From contig CAJWRJ010000001.1 of the NCBI GenBank assembly GCA_913046215.1, forward strand, positions 72,897-136,896: a DNA stretch of 64,000 bases, written 5' to 3'. The position numbers and the translations under genes were made by a program. The notes under the pieces are model-generated. The model was not told the origin of the DNA and made no database searches. It worked only from the letters and a program-made list of their open reading frames with translations. This document shows positions 59,436-64,000 of this stretch, piece after piece. The DNA is from an uncultured Legionellales bacterium. Its GTDB lineage: Bacteria; Pseudomonadota; Gammaproteobacteria; Eutrophobiales; Eutrophobiaceae. The first letter of the stretch is position 1; every line of letters starts with the position of its first letter.

Positions 59436-60815
59436 TTATAATAAGATTTTCTTTTCATGCATACATAAAATATCATAATAAAGCATTACTCTTCTTATGA
59501 ATTCGATCGGCTCTTGTCCTCTAGCGAAACCATGTTTTGTTTTTCTATACCATTTTTTTTGACTTAATTTTGGCAGATGTTTTTTCACACTATTCCATTC
59601 GTTTGGATCGCCACCTTGTGCTTTTGTTATTGAGCGCGCGTCTTTGAGATGACCCAAACCAATGTTGTATGCAGCCAAAGTAAAATAGAGACGATCTATT
59701 TCTTGTATGTTATTACTAAACGATTTGTATAGTATCTCTAAATATTTAGCTCCGCCATAAATACTCTGTTTAGCGTTGAGACGATTTTTTACACCTACTC
59801 GCTCGGCTGTATCTAGTGTAAGCATCATCATACCCCTCACACCAGTTGGAGAGCGTGCTTTTCTGTTCCAATGAGATTCTTGGTAGCTGACTGCTGCTAC
59901 CATACGAGGGTCAAGCACAGTATATTTTGCTGTCTTTTTGAAGTATTTTTTATAGCTAGGTAGTTTTTTATTAATTCGATTAAGATAATAACTCACATCA
60001 ATATAATCGAATTTATCTAGATGCTCGAAGTATATTTCTCTTATTTTTTTTAGATTTTCATTTTTTTTTAATACTATAAAAAAATTATTAATCGAATACA
60101 TAAAAGATAATTCTTTAGTATCTTTTATTAGCCAACGAGAAGGGTATTTTTTTGGTAGAGTAAAGATTACTTTTGTTTCAGGATATAAATATTGGTAGTA
60201 AGCATAAATATCAGAGTTAATTATACCAAATTTAGAATTATCTTTATTGATTTCCGCCAATACTTTTTTTAAATCATTACTTTTAAATTTTTTGAATACA
60301 ATTGATTCATGAATCTTTTTCATCTCATCTATAATAAAATTGGCATTACTATTGCTTCCTAAAATTATCGTATTAGGTTTGATTTCAGAAATTGATTTTG
60401 GCAAAAATTTATTTTTACGGTTACCAATCAGATACCATTCACTATCATTATAGGTTATTGCATTTTTGGTATTTCCAATTAAGGAATCTGGCATGCTTCC
60501 TGTTATTCCAATATCTACTCTATTTTGCTCTAAAAGTGATACTATTTTTTTACTATCAGTAGCTTCAATAATTTTTAATTTCACACCAATTTTTGTTGCA
60601 TAATGATATACTAAATCAAAGTCGTATCCTCTTTTTTCATCTCTATTATTAAAGTAGTGCGGAGGGTGGGCTATTATTGCAACACGTAATACTTCATTTG
60701 TTTTTATTTTTTCAAGTTTTGATGCTTCATTTGAACATCCATTCAAAACTAAAATAGTCAAATATAATGTTACGTAATATGAAAGATTTTTTAATTTTTT
60801 GTAGTTGAAAGCCAT
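59436..60815 (-). CDS. mltF: membrane-bound lytic murein transglycosylase F
   Basis: 459 aa. Signal peptide, an N-terminal periplasmic solute-binding-like domain, and a C-terminal SLT domain (ESHWNRKARSPTGVRGMMMLT...AYNIGLGH). Confidence 0.85.
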   Translation of the reverse strand: MAFNYKKLKNLSYYVTLYLTILVLNGCSNEASKLEKIKTNEVLRVAIIAHPPHYFNNRDEKRGYDFDLVYHYATKIGVKLKIIEATDSKKIVSLLEQNRVDIGITGSMPDSLIGNTKNAITYNDSEWYLIGNRKNKFLPKSISEIKPNTIILGSNSNANFIIDEMKKIHESIVFKKFKSNDLKKVLAEINKDNSKFGIINSDIYAYYQYLYPETKVIFTLPKKYPSRWLIKDTKELSFMYSINNFFIVLKKNENLKKIREIYFEHLDKFDYIDVSYYLNRINKKLPSYKKYFKKTAKYTVLDPRMVAAVSYQESHWNRKARSPTGVRGMMMLTLDTAERVGVKNRLNAKQSIYGGAKYLEILYKSFSNNIQEIDRLYFTLAAYNIGLGHLKDARSITKAQGGDPNEWNSVKKHLPKLSQKKWYRKTKHGFARGQEPIEFIRRVMLYYDILCMHEKKILL

Positions 60816-60872
60816 TTTTATTTTTTTTAGTAATAGAAACTTAATAATACCATATAGTATAATAAATATGTT

Positions 60873-61532
60873 ATGAGACAGGCGCTACAATCATTAGTTC
60901 TATTAATTGCTATTTTTCCTAATGCAAGTATTAGTGAAATAACGTCAATAAAAAATTACGATGAGATTTCAGAAAATATTTTTTGGAGCGATCTGTATCC
61001 AGGTGGAGGCTGGTCATTATATTGTGGTTTTCGTTTCGAAAATCAATCAAATTCAAATGAAAATCACTTATTTGTTATAGAGCATATTTATCCTGTCAGC
61101 GAAATGTTGAAATTTCTAAAATGTAAAAGTCGTCGTCAATGTAGACTTGAAAAAAATGAAAAATTTATTCGCATGGAAGCTGATATGCAAAATTTGTATC
61201 CTGTATGGCAAGATGCAAGTGTTGCTCGAAGTAATAGGGAATATGGTTCTATAGAAGGGGAGGAGTGGCGTTTTGAAAACTGTGATTTTGAACGTGGTTT
61301 TAAGACAATAGAGCCAAGACCTCTTGCACGCGGTAATATTTCACGATCAGTTTTTTATATGCATACTCAATATGGGTTGCCAATTAATAATAGTAATATC
61401 GATCTTTTAAAAAGATGGAATAAAGAGGACCTACCAAGTAAACAAGAGAAATCAAGGAATGACCGTATTGAAGAAATTCAGGGTAAAAGAAATCCCTATA
61501 TCGATAATCCTGATCTTATAGATAAATTATGA
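60873..61532 (+). CDS. endA: secreted endonuclease I (EndA/Vvn family)
   Basis: 219 aa with a signal peptide and the motifs EHIYP...MEADMQNLYPV...RGNISRSVFYM...NPYIDNP. Confidence 0.85.
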   Translation: MRQALQSLVLLIAIFPNASISEITSIKNYDEISENIFWSDLYPGGGWSLYCGFRFENQSNSNENHLFVIEHIYPVSEMLKFLKCKSRRQCRLEKNEKFIRMEADMQNLYPVWQDASVARSNREYGSIEGEEWRFENCDFERGFKTIEPRPLARGNISRSVFYMHTQYGLPINNSNIDLLKRWNKEDLPSKQEKSRNDRIEEIQGKRNPYIDNPDLIDKL

Positions 61533-61579
61533 TAAAAACATACTCTACCGGAGTTACTTAGTATATATTTTCATTTTAG

Positions 61580-64000
61580 ATGGATACTGAGCTTAGTAAA
61601 CTAATTGAAAATGGTGCGACGGTCGTAACACCAACAGAAAGATTAAGTCGTCATATTTCATTTCTTTTCTCGCAAGAAAAAATAAATCAAAGAAAATCTT
61701 GGATTACACCACATTGTTTATCATGGGATTCTTGGTGTAGAATTATTTTTGATAAATTATTATTTTCTAAAAAAGGACAGTGGATATTAATAAATAATTT
61801 TCAGCAGCAATGGTTATTTGAAGAAATAATAAGAAATTCAAAATATAGCGATCAGTTATTAAGGGTTGATACAACTTCAAAAGAAGTAATAAATTGCTAT
61901 AGATTATGCAAAGAATGGGATATTTCTATTTTTCCAAAAAATATTGACTTGCCTGAAGATGCTAATGCTTTCAGACAATGGGTAAATCTGTATGAAAATA
62001 AAAAAAGAAATAATTTTTGGCTAGATAGCATATGTTTACCAGATTATATTGCATCCCGTATCAATGAATTTGATTTTAATCCAAATGGAGTAACATTCTA
62101 TGGTTTTGATCAATTAACAAAACAGCAATCTAATTTAAAAAAGCTATTGATTGATTTAAAAATATATAATGAAATTCAAGTCGGTAAAGATCGAAATCAA
62201 TCAATAGAATTTAGTATTCAAGATGATTTAGATTCTGAAATAAAAGCTGCAGCATGCTGGGCAAAGAAAAAACTAGAAAATGATGAAACTGCGACAATAG
62301 GAATTATATTTAGAGATATTAACAAAATAAGAAACAAGATAGAGTATGGATTTAGTTCTGTCCTCACACCTGAGAAATGGACTAAATTTGATTTCACACC
62401 GACAAAACCATACTCAATCTCAATGGGAAAGTCATTATTAACATACCCCCTAATTTATGTTGCAGTAAATCTTCTATCTCTTAGCGCTAATAAAATTTCA
62501 GTGCGTGATTTATCTAATTTGTTGAATTCACCTTATATTCGTTTGAATGGAGGCGCAAAACTTGATGAAAAATTAAGAAAATTTGGTGAAACCGAAATTA
62601 GTTTAGAACAACTTCTCTCTATCAATGATAAAGAGTGCAGAGATTTTGTTGAAGCCCTAGTTAAGTTTAAGAAATCATTTGAAATTGATGTTAAAAAAAA
62701 CATGAAGTTTTCAATGTGGGTAACAAATTTCACGAAGTGGCTTAAGATTTTTAAATGGCCAAATAAGCAATTGGATAGTGATGAATACCAAACACTGCAA
62801 AAATGGAATGAAGCATTACGTAATTTGGGGAGTATTGCTGAATTTGACCAATCTATAGATTTTAAAACAGCATTTACTTATTTAAAAAATATATTGGCGG
62901 AGATTCATTTTCAGCCAAAAGCACATTATGAGACACCAATTCAAATTATTGGAATGACTGGTGTTGCAGGTGCAAAGTTTGATTATCTATGGGTCACAAA
63001 TGCACGCGATGATAATTGGCAAACAACAAGTCCCGATTTTGGATTTATTCCATATGAATGTCAGATGATGCTACCAGGAAGGACACCAGAGTCCCGATTA
63101 AAGATAACCAAGAATATTACCAATGAATTAGTTCGATCTTCTAAAAATTTAATTTTTAGTTATATAAGACAAGAAGGTGATGATGATAGAGTAAGGCTTA
63201 GTCCTTTAATAATGTCTACACATAAGCCAAAAAAAATTGATGAGATTTTTGAGGATGACTATACAAAAGAAATTTTTGATATAGAAGCAATAGAAGAAAT
63301 AGAAGATTTTAATGCTCCGGAAATTAAAATTGGGAATAAAGTTTCAGCCGGCAGTTCGTTGCTAGAAGATCAATCCGCTTGCCCTTTCAGAGCTTTTGCC
63401 AAACATCGACTTAATGCACATGCCTTAGATGAACCAAATGATGATTTAGATAGTGCAGGACGTGGAAAGCTCGTTCACCGAATCATGGAGATACTCTGGG
63501 AAAAATTAGAAAATTCAAAAAATCTCGAATTAATATCTCAGAATAAATTGGAAAATATAATATGTATTAGCATTTCTAAAGGCTTAGCCGAAGCAAAAAG
63601 CAAGAGACCGGGAATTTTCAAAGCATGGTTTGTTGATTTAGAGCATCGCAGATTAAAAGATTTACTGAAAGAATGGCTAGTGATTGAAAAAAATAGATCA
63701 GAGTTTTTAGTTTATGAAAAAGAAAAAGTAAAAAAAGTTATTTTTGGAGGCATTGAATTTAATTTACGAATAGACCGAGTTGATAAATTAGATGCAAATC
63801 GGTATTTAATTATTGACTACAAGACTGGGAAAGTGACAAAAGCTAATTGGACAAAGGATCGCCTAAAAGAACCCCAACTACCTTTATATGCAATTACTTC
63901 TGAGCATCCAATAAGTGGAATAGCATATGCGTGTTTAAAAACTAATGAATATGGATTTGATGGGTATGCTGATTCTGATGAAATTTTTTCTCGAGAGACG
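61580..64000 (+). CDS. AddB-like PD-(D/E)XK nuclease family protein (3' end lies outside the window)
   Basis: ORF opens with ATG at 61580, directly after an in-frame TAG, and runs at least 806 aa to the window end; it is missing from the ORF track because no stop is reached. C-terminal RecB-family nuclease motif ...NLRIDRVDKL...YLIIDYKTGK...EPQLPLYAIT. No Walker A in the N-terminal region. The 66-aa minus ORF at 62533-62733 lies inside it. Confidence 0.6.
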   Translation, partial: MDTELSKLIENGATVVTPTERLSRHISFLFSQEKINQRKSWITPHCLSWDSWCRIIFDKLLFSKKGQWILINNFQQQWLFEEIIRNSKYSDQLLRVDTTSKEVINCYRLCKEWDISIFPKNIDLPEDANAFRQWVNLYENKKRNNFWLDSICLPDYIASRINEFDFNPNGVTFYGFDQLTKQQSNLKKLLIDLKIYNEIQVGKDRNQSIEFSIQDDLDSEIKAAACWAKKKLENDETATIGIIFRDINKIRNKIEYGFSSVLTPEKWTKFDFTPTKPYSISMGKSLLTYPLIYVAVNLLSLSANKISVRDLSNLLNSPYIRLNGGAKLDEKLRKFGETEISLEQLLSINDKECRDFVEALVKFKKSFEIDVKKNMKFSMWVTNFTKWLKIFKWPNKQLDSDEYQTLQKWNEALRNLGSIAEFDQSIDFKTAFTYLKNILAEIHFQPKAHYETPIQIIGMTGVAGAKFDYLWVTNARDDNWQTTSPDFGFIPYECQMMLPGRTPESRLKITKNITNELVRSSKNLIFSYIRQEGDDDRVRLSPLIMSTHKPKKIDEIFEDDYTKEIFDIEAIEEIEDFNAPEIKIGNKVSAGSSLLEDQSACPFRAFAKHRLNAHALDEPNDDLDSAGRGKLVHRIMEILWEKLENSKNLELISQNKLENIICISISKGLAEAKSKRPGIFKAWFVDLEHRRLKDLLKEWLVIEKNRSEFLVYEKEKVKKVIFGGIEFNLRIDRVDKLDANRYLIIDYKTGKVTKANWTKDRLKEPQLPLYAITSEHPISGIAYACLKTNEYGFDGYADSDEIFSRET

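Noticed and set aside
62533-62733. 66-aa minus-strand ORF
   Set aside because: It lies inside the long plus-strand AddB-like reading frame and has no features.

Overview
The window is an AT-rich gammaproteobacterial chromosomal segment. A conserved core runs in recognisable gamma-type synteny: rpsD(partial)-rpoA-rplQ, gatCAB divergent from mreBCD-mrdA-rodA-mltB-rlpA-dacA-dat-queD, an ABC-2 transporter, ybeD-lipB-lipA, an M23 peptidase, xseA, guaB-(cupredoxin)-guaA, tadA-pncC, a WYL regulator divergent from recA-recX-alaS-lysC-csrA, and tRNA-Ser. The most interesting region is an ~11 kb block at 32.9-44.1 kb, wedged between tRNA-Ser(GCT) and tRNA-Arg(ACG). It holds two convergent operons encoding 20 c-type heme sites: two secreted pentaheme cytochromes plus an 838-aa outer-membrane beta-barrel with tandem NTF2-like domains, converging on an FAD/cNMP/ferredoxin oxidoreductase, a His-rich polytopic membrane protein, and an FHA-TM-decaheme cytochrome. 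I read this as a candidate, apparently undescribed, porin-cytochrome type trans-envelope electron-transfer system. Immediately downstream is a porin / FMN-binding (ApbE-flavinylation motif) / PepSY-TM operon, with two Fur boxes 70-100 bp upstream of the porin start codon (the operon's first gene). A standalone apbE lies at 55.8-56.8 kb. The remainder is a two-component system, PHP/YajQ/DUF3301, DUF484, an MsbA-like exporter, mltF, endonuclease I and an AddB-like nuclease that runs off the window end. All calls rest on motif-level reading of the supplied translations; no database searches were possible.
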